Of a stretch of DNA of 64,000 nt, positions 12,414 through 26,215 are shown piece after piece (positions within the stretch are counted from its first letter, which is position 1; the number at the start of each line of letters is the position of its first letter). Location of the stretch: NCBI GenBank assembly GCA_023213395.1, contig CM041465.1, positions 52,211,741 to 52,275,740 of the forward strand, written 5' to 3'. Position numbers and translations under genes: made by a program. A model generated the notes under the pieces. The model made no database searches, was not told the origin of the DNA, and saw nothing but the letters and a program-made list of their open reading frames with translations. This DNA comes from Cycas panzhihuaensis. Its lineage: Eukaryota > Plantae > Cycadophyta.

Positions 12414-15400
12414 TTTTGTGTTAGAAAATATTAAATATACAAATAGGATGCCATAATTATTTATGCACACAAAAGACTTGAACGGAGCAAGCACACATGA
12501 TAAATAGATTTCACGTGGGAACACTTTTAGGAAAAATCTACCATAGAATTATATTATTATATTTTTACAAATCTGTATTATATTACAATGGACTTTGATC
12601 TATATTTATAGATTGTAAGTGCTTCAAATAATAATATACTTGAGTTTACCTCTATCGGCTTATAATATCACAATATTTCATCAATAATATTCATATAATA
12701 TTATCTCTATATTTATATTAGTCAGTAAGTAGTTATAATACCACTCTAACATCCCTTCTTAATATAAATATAAGGTCTTGAAGTCTTATTAGGGATTGAT
12801 CTATATCTTTTATCCTTATTGATAGATCCCCTCTCAAGGATAACCTCATAGAATCTCAAATTTATATGAATATTAATGAAGTGATCTTTAGTAAGAGCTT
12901 GGTGAATACATCCTCAAGTCGATCTTTACTTGGATAAAATCTAACTTGCATCTTCCCTGATCTAATCTACTCTTAGATGTAATGGTGCTATGCCTTGTAT
13001 GTGTATGATTGTTTAGAAATATCTCTAATAGTCCCTATAACCATGCAACTCTCTTCTTACACTAACACTTTGTCCATAGTACTTAGCATGTTCCTTAACT
13101 AAACTAAGAGGTTGAGCCACTTTAGCCATGTAGATCTCCTCTTCATGTCTTCTTTAAAGAATGCTTACATCTCATTCATTTAATGTTACTTCTAACTATA
13201 TATAGCTACCAAAGTAAGGATCAATTAGATTATAAACAACATAAACACTAGTTCAAAGGTCTCCTTATAATTGAATCCTTCTTTCTATATAAAATCTTAC
13301 ACAACAAGCTTTGCCAACTTGTAAACCAACTAGGTTCTTTAAGGGAGGTAAGGGAACCAAATCCTATAAACACTCCTCTAATGTAACTCTCTATTATGAA
13401 TATCCTTTTATTAGAACATTGGTATTTATTACAAGTTTGATTGGCATGCTGATCCTTCTTCTTCAATCATCTTCTAGGTATTCAACCATCACATTAGAGT
13501 CCACAATGGTCCTCCTAGTCCATAATAGAATATGGGCTTACAAACCATATCTCTTCTTGTAATGGCTTCTCATCATCACCCCCACTAGATCTTGCTTCCA
13601 TCTCAAACACAATGTTAGGTACATAAACCTCTACACTTGTTACACCATGGCTTAGAAAGCAAAGAAATAAATGATAAAATCTATATTCAAATGACACTTC
13701 AACATGAAATGTTAATAACTTTTCCAAGTAATATCTAGTCTAATCATAATGTTTTCCCCTTGTAGATCATAAAATTTATAAGCTTTGTTTTAAAAGCCCT
13801 ATACAAAGCTTTCGATCCCACTATTGCAATCTTTATCTAAGATGTGTATACTCTAATATATCTCAATATCTAATAAAAGGTTTCTAACTAACCCAATACA
13901 ATTTAGGCATTATGCTATAAATAACCTTAGAAAGGATCTCATTAAACTACTATCATAATAGTTTCTACCAAAAACATAGGAGGTAAATCCTTATAATGCA
14001 CCAAATACCTCTACATCTATATCATTGTACCATTCTATATCTACAACACAATCTTACTGGGGTACATGGGATAACCAACTCCCATTTTATATCATAGTGA
14101 AGGTAGAACTGATTTTAAGGTATCTCATCATACAACTTTCTATTAACACTTCAATTTCATCATAAACACACAATCAGATCTATAATATACTTATTTAAAT
14201 ATGTATAAATATTGAACTAGCATTCAATAAGCTATATACCCTCATGCTATCATTCATTTAAGCACCCAAAGTATAATGGTCCACTAATACTGATAACCAC
14301 TTATACAAATATGCCAATAAACTGTAATTCTAAACCACTTTCACCTCATATATCTGATATAAAAATCACTAATATATATTAAATACACCACTTTATAATA
14401 AATAAATCACACTTTTTAGTAATATATGCAATGATCTAAACTATACAACAATGTTTGCTTGCCCTGTAACTTAGTATCTCTATATCAAACCCCTTCTATA
14501 ATTAATAAACATATGTTGATGTTAATAGCTTACCTAACAATCATGCCCTCTTATCAATAAATGATAATCTAATGCTATTAATAACTCATACCCAACAATC
14601 TCTCTTATGTAATCGCATATAAGAAGATCATACCATAGCATCATATCACCAAATTCTCACTAACAAAATGTGCCCAAAGCACTCACTTTTCCATCATATC
14701 ATATACATCACCATTAATACCTTATGCACACCTCATATCACCAATAATGAATCCCTAAAATACATCACACCCCATATATATATAAGCCCACTTTCATAAA
14801 TGTTGGAGTATTAGTAATGCACATTTGTTTTGTCCCACATGCAAGTGGGTTCCACTCTCACTATCATGTCATGTATTATAAATACACACATAGTGTATCA
14901 TATGATATATATGTTGTAAGGATATTTTTGTTAATTCAATTTGAGGTACCTTAAGGATACCGTTCGATCCCAGAGGTTTCTATTTCTATTTGCAAATATT
15001 TTCTATAGGTTATATTTTCTAATATGGTATTAGAGCTTCATTCCAAAGTGGAATTTTAAGGAGATTTTTTTACTAACTATTGGAGTGGTGATTTGGGAGA
15101 TGCCATCAAGGGTTGAAAGTATATTTGAGATAATAAACGTTAAAATTTCTAAAAAGTAATGGTGAAATTGAGATGAAATTATTCATTCTATAAATTTTGA
15201 GGGGTTTCACTATAGATTTTAGGGTGAAATTGTGAAAATTACAATAAAATTAATTTCAGCATTTTTTCCTATCATTGTATTTTTGGAACAAATCTATAAC
15301 TTCAACTTTAAAGAGCTATAACTTTGGCTACATGTATCCAAATAGCCTCAAATTTATTTTGATTCTATGAGTTTTTAAATTTACTTTCTAATAGAAGTAG

Positions 15401-15786
15401 TTTGAGGTTGATTAGAGTTTAGAGTGAAAAGTTATTAGTAGTTTATCAGAAGGTACTATTTTAGTTCCTAGAAACCCTAATTGTGAAATTCTTAAAAGGG
15501 GCAGAACTTTTGATCTAGATATAGAAATTTAATTTCTTCTAAACTGTTGGAATTGTATTTCAAAGGCCATGATTTCCATCCATATTTTATGTATTTTTAA
15601 GCTATATATTTTTTCCAGAAATAAATTTTTTAAGAATTTAAGGGTTTTATATTATACTTTTCTTGGCCAAAAAACCATTGCTCTTGAGGCCTAATATATA
15701 TTTTTGTAACAAACATAGGGGATAATAGGCTATAGACACCCCTAATCTATTCTATATCTATATTATCATGGATATAATAAGGCCCA

Positions 15787-15946
15787 TACTGCATATCTTT
15801 AATGTAGATGAGACTTTTTCTAAAGTGGCTAGGTTGATGATATGGAGGTATATTTAAAATCACTTGATGATGACTACATGAACAATATAGAGATGGCTAA
15901 AGTATCCTCATTGCATATACAAGGAGAAGATTACCTTTGGTTTTAG
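15787..15946 (+). pseudogene. Gypsy-type gag fragment embedded in leader of Copia-derived element
   Basis: LHIFNVDETFSKV/(W)VDDMEVYL..MNNIEMAKVSSLHIQGEDYLWF resembles the chromovirus Gag motif also seen at ~7710-7820. Confidence 0.55.
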
Positions 15947-16593
15947 GAGTGATATTTGGCAATTTAGTACTTCTTAAAATATGATTTACATGAAATAATT
16001 TTATAGGCAAAGAAGAGGGTATGATAAGGCAAATTTAAGGGCAAGAAAAATGGTGATTTGAGACAATGAGGTGTTTGTTGCATGTGAGGTTATATGACAA
16101 GATTAAATATTTGTTGGGCATATTTAAGGGTGAGATTAGGCATGTTTAATGGTGTGTTTTTTAATTAAATGAATGGGCAAAGAAGAATAAGTTTTGTTAA
16201 AGATACCTGAGTTGTAGGGAAGCAAACTGTCATGAGTGGTGTAGATCATTACATACGAGTATGGTTTATTCATTGGTAATGTTATGGCATGATTTGTGTT
16301 TTGGGAAATTAATTAAAGTGTAATGTATCTTGGTAATTTAATGGCAACATGTGGCATGTATGATCATTATGAGATTTATGAGGCATTAATTTAATGAAGT
16401 AAGTGTTTTAGATTCTATATGACTATTTGGTGCTATGAGAAATAGACAAGGTGATGATGTGATGATGAAGTCAGTGATGTGAGGGACATGAGATATGAGA
16501 AAGTTTGTTGAGATTGATTAATGGGCATGTTACCAATGTTAGGTAAGTTTGTTAATTGAAAAAAAGACATTGTTTGGAGATACATTTTCAATC

Positions 16594-17700
16594 ATGGAGG
16601 AGAATGATGTGGTCATGTATGTTCATGAAACAAATGAATATTACTTAAGGAATTCATTTCTTCTGATACCTAAGTATAATGGAGAAAACTACTTATTTTA
16701 GATGATTAAAATGAGATGTTTTTTCATAGCTAGAGGTTTGTGGAGGCTTGTGATTAATGGATATGATATCCTTAAGGATGAAGAAGAAAAGGAAATGCTT
16801 GAGAAGAAAGACAAAAAGGCATTCATCATGATTCTTGTTGTATTAAATAAGGATAATCTTCCTTTTGCATACCATTTTATCATTCACAAGATTTAACATG
16901 CAAGTACTACTAAAGAAGTTTGGGATTTTTTAAGGGATGTGTTTGAACAAACTCCCAAAGAGATATAATGAATGATTGAAAGGACAAATAAGATCAATGA
17001 TGGTTATGATATAGGTAAAACGAATGAAGAAAATATTCTCAACACTAATGAAACAATATGTCAAGATGAAGAATGATTGAATATCGATGAATCTACTATA
17101 AAACATATGACTAAATGTATTGATAAGACTACAACTACTGTTGAGGACATTGAGAGTGATGAATTGATAAAGGCTTATTTAGATGACACCATGATTTCAA
17201 GAGAAATTGAATATGAATTTGATGGTCCTATAGAAGATGAGTCTCGTATTGATTCAAATATGAATGAGCTTCCTTCTTTAAGCATTGATTTAAATTCAAA
17301 GAATATACAAGTTGATTAAGATTCCACTCCAAAGGTTGAAGAAATTACTGTTGTACATGGTGATCAAAAACTTATATAGGATAATGATAACAAGCAAGTT
17401 ATATTTGAAGATGGTTACTTACAAGATCTAGATTAAAATCATACTAGATGAGACATAATGAAGAATCAAGATTTGCACTTGCTAGAGCTACTACAATAAT
17501 GAAATCACTACATGATGGAAGATAGAAATCAAATTGAGGATATAATCCTACAAAGGTATCAGTACAAAATTGAAGACAAAAATTAAGTTGAAGACATCAT
17601 TCTATAGCAAAGACATCACTACAAGATTGAAGACAAGGATCAAGTTGAAGACATCATCTTTAAGACATTTCTAAGGACAAGGGATTACAAATATAAATGA
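16594..17700 (+). pseudogene. gag: mini-Gag ORF remnant (369 codons, one frame): Copia Gag N-terminus plus acidic tail
   Basis: IPKYNGENYLF*MIKMRCFFIARGLW...KKDKKAFIMI...TKEVWDFL. ORFs 16702-16896 and 17077-17319 share the frame; stops only, no frameshift; ends just before the PPT. Confidence 0.8.
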
Positions 17701-20060
17701 CCCAAATGTGCATTAAGGAGGAATGTTGGAATATTAGTAATGCACATTTGTTTTGTCCCACATACAAGTGGGTCCTATTCTCACTATCATGTCATGTATT
17801 ATAAATACACATATAGTGTATCATATGATATATATGTTTAAGGATGTTTTTGTTAATTCAATTTGAGGTACCTTAAGGGTACCATTCAATCCTAGAGATT
17901 TTTGTTTCTATTTGCGAATATTTTCTATAGGTTATATTTTCAAACAACAAAATTTCATATCCAATGATCTCAAAATAATACCTTAATAAAACAAAGGCTA
18001 GAACAAATGATTCATCTTAATATAATCTTAAAAAAAAGGGTGTCATAATATATTGAAGTGTAATAAATCAAATTAAAGGTAAACTTCTCTTTTCATGAAA
18101 AGTAATCTTACTAATTCTTTATATAAAGGATAATTTCAATAAATCAATAGGTGGCTAAAAGTCAAATGATTTAATATGGATAACTTTAATAATATATCAA
18201 ATATCTAATTAAATATATATCAAATCAAGTGATATGTGAGATCATTGGCAACTTGAATAACGTGAATGATGATTTGATAAATATCATGGGTGATTCAAAA
18301 TGTAAATTTGACTTCATATAACATTGGTGACTAAATATATTTGAACATGGCTTTAATATTTATCAATCATGTGCTCAAATTATTCAACAATGATTGGGCA
18401 ATAAAAACATGACTAAATCAAATAAAATTAAAATAATAATTATCAAATATTGGTATAGGGTGATTAAATAAATCTTACTAGTGATTGAATATTTAAAAAT
18501 TTAAGCAAGTTGAATATCATAAGTGACTTAATATTACATGTAAAATATTCATGCTGAGTTGTATATTCTCCTCCATAGCTTTATTTTATCAAAAATATGC
18601 AATAATATGCATATTTTCCTCCAACATAACTTAGCCCTCATATTGAAGCTGTAAAATAACTCTATGTAATAATCTCATATCTGAAATCTTAGTGTTGTAG
18701 TTATATAATGATCTGAGATCTCTACGTCTCTTTGTAAGTCTATGCTCTTGTAACTTGACTAGTGAATGGTGAATACAAATGATAGTTACACCTTTGTATT
18801 TAGCTAAACACATGCTTCATTTTTAGTTATGACTTTAACAAGCCACCTCAACAAGCATCTCAACCATTATAATATCTATCTCTAACTACTCACAATGACA
18901 ATAATCAAGATTACACCTTCCACCTCTATCAATCTAACTTTGTAAACTTAGTGGCAACTTTAAATAACACATTTGGCACTGTCAAAGGATTTAAAATAGA
19001 CAATAATGACCAGTAATTGAGGGTTGCATATTTAAAAATAGAGGGAACCAACCTTCACTTCTCACCCATACACCTGCGTAAATAAAAAACAACCTCTTCT
19101 ACTCTTCTGCACACCTTCAAAGACTGTTGAATCCCTACAAAATTAAAAATAGAAGGCACTAGGGTTTGCACATAATCATTACACCATTGTGGTTGTTCTT
19201 TTGGTTGTCGAATAGGTTGGTCCTTAAGGGGCCAACTAGCATTACCTAATAACCAATGATCGAATAATCTACTTAATATTCATCTACTTATGCATCACCT
19301 ACTACTATGATACCATATTAGAAAACACCAAATATATAAACAAAATGCCAGAATCATTTATGTATATAAAACACTTTGACAAAATAAGCACATAGGACAA
19401 ACATATTTAATGTGGGAACCCTTTTGGAAAAAACCCACCATAGAATTATATTATTATATTTTTACATATCTGTGTTGTATTATAATAGACTTTAATCTAT
19501 ATTTATAGATCGTAAGTGCCTCAAATAATAATATAATTGAATTTATATATGTCGGTCCATAATATCATAATATTATATCAATAATATTCACATAATATTA
19601 TCTCCATATTTACATTAGTCAGTAGTGGTTATAATACCGCTCTAACATTTTACTACTAGTGAAAGGATCAAATTGACCATTTTCATCTTAAATACTAATG
19701 TAAATATCTCCTCATAATTGATCCCTTATTTCTACTTAAACTCTTATACAATAAGTCTTGTGTTGTACTTATCCACCTCTTAATTGGAGCAAAATTTAGT
19801 CTTGTAGACCCATTTGTAACTGATAAGTTTTTTCTTAAGAAGTAAAGGAACTAACTTCTATGTTACATTTTTAATGAGAGAGTTAAATTCCTCATCCATC
19901 ATAGCTCTTCAATGAGGATCAACATTTACTTTATCATATAAAGTTAGGTCTTAGGAGTATGTGTATCTATTGAGTAAACTAGGTCCTAATAACCAAAAAT
20001 CCCCACTAAAATCTAAACTATTTTGCAACTAGTTGTAGGAATTGAAATTGAAATTTAACA

Positions 20061-20634
20061 TGTAAGTTCTTAGACTAGAGATAATATAATAAATAAATTA
20101 GAAAACTAAAGCATCACATATACACCCGATATAATGTGGTAAAGCAGTAGTAGTATGCTAGGGAAACATCAACACATGAAAGGTATTGATCTTTATTATC
20201 AAAGAATAGAGAAATGTACATAATCTATAGTAGAATGCTCACACCAACAACAACTAGCTGCCCAACTACTCCCAGTACATCTAATACATCGAACACCATC
20301 AACACAATGAAAAACACCTTAAATCAAGCTATATGAGAGAGTCATACAAGGCACAAATCTTGACCATAGAATCTAAGGTATTTTGAGTAAACGACCCTAA
20401 TTCTCTTTACAATTTAATATGCTTTTCAGTGCTAGCTTTTTGTGTTAAGGGCTATCACCCCTGAATCCTCTCTTTGGGGGGGGAGGGGGGGGGGGGGGTT
20501 GGCTCCCCCCACACCCCTTGGCCAAGGGGGGCTCCCACCCCTCTTGGATCCCCCCAAGGAAGTTTAGGGGAGAACTGCATTGCCAACCTATCAGAATTTT
20601 AACCTTTAAAATATTGTTATCACATTATTTAACA
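20061..20634. mobile_element. solo LTR with G/C-rich block, inserted in Copia B
   Basis: TGTAAG...TTTAACA termini; interrupts B's IN-RT linker; G-run 20476-20498; no clean TSD. Confidence 0.65.
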
Positions 20635-20727
20635 GCATCTGCCACTAAAGTATAACTAACATATTGACTTCTTATTCTTTATTCATCTATAAGATTCAAT
20701 AATATCACATTGAAATCTTAAATGGTC

Positions 20728-23700
20728 TTTGGAATCACACCTAGAGGGGGGTAACCACACTTGGATAAGATTAAACCAAATGATAAAAGATTTCAAGGCT
20801 AAGGATCTTATGGGGTAAGTGAGAGAATCACCCACAAAGGGCATCCATGCATCAGAACGTAGGTTTGGGACCCATAAATGGAAAATAAACTCCCTTCATA
20901 GTAACTATGCTTCGGTTGGGAGGTGAAGGAGATGAGGGATATCCTCATGTTCATGAGGAACCTCGAAATATGGGCCCTCCTACCCTTGGATGGCCATAGG
21001 AGGGAGGAAAAAATGGGCAAGGGAATGGGTCCTTGCATGAAAAGGAGATAGGAGAGGTGGTTCTAGGTAGGAAACAAGGGTGATATACACTCGTGAAAGA
21101 TTGGGAGGGTGATCAATCCTATAGGTGCAAAACCAACCTAAAGGTCATGCTAAGGTGGCCTAGCTACAATGAGTGAAATAATGACTAAAGACAAAGGGGA
21201 ATCCAGAAAGGGGGATGCCTTTAAGGCACTAAACCCAAAAGAGTCTTAGGGGTATGAGTTGACAATGGAAATGTTTTGATAGTTTATGGGTGGGTTGTTA
21301 TGAAAAGTGATGTAATGGAGATGTTGTGTGTATGACAAATGTGCCCCTTGTGTGTAAGAGGGTTCTTTCTAAACAAGAGAGGAAAATAACACATAATCTC
21401 CACTTGTTTACTCACATATACATATCCTCAATCTCATTATCCTTTGAACATGAAAGAAAGAGAGATAACAAGATAATAATATAATATGAGAAATATGTAA
21501 AAGATGTAGGCTGAATAAGCAACACAACAAGCATACGTATGAAAGAGCTCAATCTTTGTCACATGCACTTTATCAAATAGGCAGATAAGCTAGTTAAGAA
21601 CAAACAACATACACTAACTCTTTTCCTTTTCCTCTCCTTTAAGTGATATGTAGGTGAAAGAAAGAAAGCAAGGGAAATAGGGTTAAGGGAAGCGAGAGGT
21701 GTACCTAGAACTAGGTGGCTGAGGGGAGTGCTATCCTTGCTGTTCTTACTTTCCTCATGTTGCCCTCGACAATAGACAGTGTGACAGAGTGGTGCAAGTG
21801 AAGAAAGGTAGGGGTTTCCTTACCTTCCCCCAAGTAAAAAGGAAACAAAAAGATAAAGAGAGTATTACAAAGAAAAAGTAACTACTATTTTTATCCTGTA
21901 ACCTTAAAAACTTAAAAGAAATAATCAATCAGAAAGGTAGAAATGTACTTGGATAAGAATTAGCTCCTTCTTCCTCTCTACATGCAACTAGAAAGAAACC
22001 TGCAATCAAGTGACATTTTCCCTTTCCCAAGGGGAAACAAGTATGTATAGGATATACGTATAATATATGGAGTAATATGATGCAACTTTTTCTTAACCAA
22101 AAGAAATGTTTCTAACACAAGATCACTCTTAGTTCCTTTCTATACTACTTACAAACAATATAAAAAAAGGGAGGGGCGGTGGGGGGGCACAAGAGGAGAA
22201 AGAGGATGGTTAGCATCAGAATGGATAACCCTCTAGATATGTCATACTCCACACTATCCAAATACCAAGGTGATGAAAGAAAAGACCTTGGGAAGCAAGC
22301 AACAGATTATGGGAGAAGTTGGGTTGTTGTCAATATTGCAAAAGTTGCAAAGAGAAACTTTTTCAACCTCAACTAAGCCTAACACCAAGAGATGACTGGG
22401 GTGTAATATGGGATTAGAATCCTACTTATGTAGGGTCTACAGAGCTGACAGCAAGCACAATAATGGGCTATGTATGCTGCTACTAATGGTGACCTCCTTT
22501 CTAATAGCTCTTTGGAAATCCAAGGGAAGTATGGAGAAGGAAGAGGTATAGAGAGAAGAGGGTTGCCCTTGAGGAGAAGGCTTATTAGGGTGTGGAACCC
22601 TACATTTAATCCTTTCACTCTCTGTGAAAGCCTCTTCCTTGCTACCTCCTTAGAGAAAATAGGAAAGAGTTTGAAGGAAATAGGAAGCAGGCAAGAAGGG
22701 GAGGGTTTGCCTCTGGTTACAATATGAAAATTAGAGAGAAAACTATTAGAAAGGCATGATAAATAACTTTGCAATATATTAAAGGAAAGAGAAGTAAAAT
22801 AAAGCTTAGAAGTACTTGTTGGGGGTGGATTAGGGGTGGATCTACCTGAATAATGAGAGAAAAAGGCCACCCTAATGGGGTTTATAGGTGAAATCCTAAA
22901 GGAGCAACAAACTAGGAGAACTCTAGAGTGAGATGGAAGATCTACACTTGATGAAGTGCTTGGGGTATGTCCTTCCCTTTGATGGCCATGGTGCATGCCT
23001 GCTACTATGGATCTAGAGCTACAGAGGGTTGGTGGCAGGCTGAGAAGCTGATAATAGCATGCTTGTCCTATTGTAGGGCATTTTTGGAGAGAGTGTTATG
23101 TAGAACTTGAATAAGAGAGCCATGAAGAGGATGAAATGATGTTATTTTTAGGTTTTCAAACTTAACCCTAGCTCAATCGAGTGATTAGGGTTTAGCTTGG
23201 GCTAGGAATACGTCTCTACCAGGTGGTAATTTTGTAATAAATGTGAAATTATCCATGATAGATTTTAAAAAATAAAAAATGATATCCACCCCATGGTAAA
23301 CTTCACGGTACTATGAAGTTTATAGCAGTACCATGATCTATATTGTGGTACATAAGAAAAACAACTAAAGGAAGATTGGAAGCTTAGAGAAAAGGGATGC
23401 TTCAAGCTTAAGGGGCATGGCAATGTACTTAGGTGGTAGGAGGCAGACATGGGACCTAAGGGACGTATGTTAGGTGAAGTACCTGGGGCAAGGAACTCCT
23501 AAAAGGTTAATAAACAAGTAAAAAGATACCAACCAGGTCTAAGCAAGGTGCTAGGGGACAAGGTGTGTCAATGGGGACATGATCGAGCTATGGGAGCCAA
23601 TTGGTGCTTGGGGACAATGTGGAGATATGGAGGAGGGTTTTGGAGCACCATGGGATGTATATCCCTCAATCATCATAGGCTAAAATGGTATAATGCAACA
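20728..23700 (-). mobile_element. ~3 kb solo LTR of a large (Ogre/Tat-like) Gypsy element
   Basis: Flanked by TGGTC (20723-20727) and TGATC (23701-23705). Right end reads TGTTGCA on - strand. Strong purine/pyrimidine asymmetry, no coding domains; Copia B resumes after it. Confidence 0.7.
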
Positions 23701-24089
23701 TGATCAAGCAGCGGATGCATAATTATCACTCAATGAATTAGATAATCATGTAAAGTAAATAAAATGCTTTAATCCACCTCTAGTAGAACTAATAGAGGTG
23801 AGGGATAGAAGCATACTTGCACCTACCTAAGTCAACCCGTCTGTGTCCATTTCTGGTAGTTGAGAAATAGTCTTCCTCATCCATAATAGCATAGAAATAC
23901 CTAATGTTATATGTGCCTCTATATATGATTACTTCTAATTATTACCTTCTCCACTCAGTCCTTCTTCCATCTGAAGCACAATATCTAGTTCCGCATCCTC
24001 TACAATTGATGAAGCACCATCAAGAAATGGAAGTAGTAATGGATAAAAGGATTCTTTACATAATATCTTCTTAGCATGATATGCCACAT

Positions 24090-26215
24090 GCTTATCAAAT
24101 TTTGCATTCCAACTAATCATAAGTTTTCTCTTCTATAAATTTAATAGTATGTAAGCTTTATTTTGTTTAGAATAGCCATAAATATGTACTTTAAACTCTT
24201 GCAATCAAATTTTTTGTGATTTTTATTTAAGATGTATGCATATGCAATACACCTAAAAGTTTTAAGATGATCAATGGTAGATTTATAACTTGTCTATTTT
24301 TCTTCAAGGGTCATACTATAAACTACTTTTGTTAGTACCCTATTTAGGATATAAATGACATTCCCAACAACTTCTACCTAAAATTTATGTAGCAAGTTCT
24401 TCACATGTACTGCATATCTTACCATTTCCATCATGGTATGGGTCTTTCTTTTAATAATACCATTTTGTTGTGAGGTATATAAGATAATGAATTTCTACTG
24501 TATGCTATAATTTAGATAGAACTAATTGAAAGCATTATTGTTGTATTCCTTTCTATTATCACTTCTTAGAATTTTTGTTTTCTTTCTATATTCATTCTCA
24601 ATACATAACTTCCATTCATGAAAGTGATCAAATACTTCAAACTTATTCTTCAAAAAATATACCCAAGCCTTCTTGGTATAATCATTTATAAATACTAAAG
24701 TGTAGTAAGCTCTAGATATGGAAGGGTTTGAAACAGGACCCATCACATCATAACATACAAGCTTCAACTTCTCCTTGGCCCTCCAGGCATGATCCTGAGT
24801 AAAAGGATATTAATGATATTTCCTATATATGCACCCTTTATGTACACCTTCTAAGTAAGAAAAATGGGATAATCCTTCTATCATTTTTGGTAGATTCATA
24901 AGTGCTATACTTTTATAATTAAGGTGTTTAAGGTGTTCATGCTAAAGTTTAGTTATATCATCAACACTAGCTACAAAGACATATGATTGATTATAGCATT
25001 AAAACTTCTCAAATACCTAAAAGTTATCCCTTACTTTTTTGGTAACAATGATAGGGAATTTTTTCTTAGGATCCTTAATTAGGCATCTATCTTTATAGTG
25101 CTCAAACTTCATATCTTGTTTTCATATCTCTTAGGCTAATAAAACATTCATCTTTATATTAGGTACATAAAATACACCTTAAAAATTTTCATTTATAAGT
25201 GAAATCATGCTAATATCGCCAGCAAGAAACACATTCACATATTCAAGAATGATTTTTACTTCACTTGGACTAACATTCTATGCATCAAAGTTTTACTTCC
25301 AAATAGAAATATGTTTCTGTGCTCCTCAGTCTAAAATCCAGTAGTCTCTTTGATTTGACTTGATAGATAAAGCTGATACTTTTGTATAGTAAGATGTAAC
25401 ACCTTTTTCTTTCTTATCCTTACTTACTTTACACTTGTCCTACCTTTTAAACTAACAATTCTTCACTTTATGTCTATCCTTCTTGTAATAATTACATTTA
25501 CTAACAAACTTCTTCTTCTCCTAAGAAATTTGTCCTAACCTTTGTGTAGACTTTGCTTCCTAAACATTATCTCTCCTTTGTGTCTTCATGACTAAGGCTT
25601 GATTTGATTTGAAACCATCAAGTAGACTTTGGTACTTCAACTTGGCATCCTTGGCTAAAATAAGGCCTTTTATTTTCTTAAAGGTTTACCCTCTATTACT
25701 TCATCTCTCGTGTAGATGGTTTGAAAGTTTCCCACTACAAATGGTAGTTTTGACATAACTAGAATAAATAATAGCATATCATTAATTGAGTTAGATTTAA
25801 TCTCTTCTAATTTGTTCTTCAAATCAATTATTTTATTTAGATAGACATTTATGTTACTTTTATCTTTCATTGTTACATTAAGAAGCTCCATTATCAAAGC
25901 AACATGATCATTTATCTTCTTCTTTTCAAACATTATACATAATTTTGTCTAAATTTTATTTGGTTTATTAAGGTTATAGACTATGGCTCTCTAATTTGGT
26001 GTGAGAGATAGTTTAAGGGGCCTAACAACTACAAACTACTTCTCCTATTAATGAGTTCACTCCTTTATATCTAACAACATAATAAGTAACTCATCTTTGG
26101 TGATTCCCAAAGTTGATTCACCATTAAAACCAACTCTGTGTTAGCCTTCCATTCACTAAAATTATTCCTATTAAAGATGACTTGAGGTATTATTTTCTCG
26201 ATTATGAGAAACAAA
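24090..26215 (-). pseudogene. gag-pol: Copia B gag, protease and integrase remnant
   Basis: CNYYKKDRHKVKNC (Zn knuckle), WILD*GA (PR), DVMGPVSNPS...FINDYTKKAWVYFLKNKFEVF...LRSDNRKEY (rve). Confidence 0.9.

Larger units (their letters stand above)
14801..17946 (+). mobile_element. Non-autonomous Copia-derived mini-Gag (TR-GAG-like) LTR element
   Basis: LTRs 14801-15024 and 17724-17946, PBS TGGTATTAGAGC 15025-15036, PPT 17714-17723, TSD ATAAA/ACAAA; no pol domains. Confidence 0.93.
12419..19647 (-). mobile_element. Copia element C, deletion derivative related to B, inserted in B's RT
   Basis: LTRs 12419-12751 and 19316-19647, PPT from 12752, PBS 19304-19315, TSD TTTTG/TTTTA; patchy IN/RT/RH remnants ~12880-14200; no gag recognised. 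Confidence 0.88.

Noticed and set aside
22379-22996. Longest ORF (205 aa, - strand)
   Set aside because: Ser/Pro/Leu-rich product of pyrimidine-rich solo-LTR sequence; no recognisable domain
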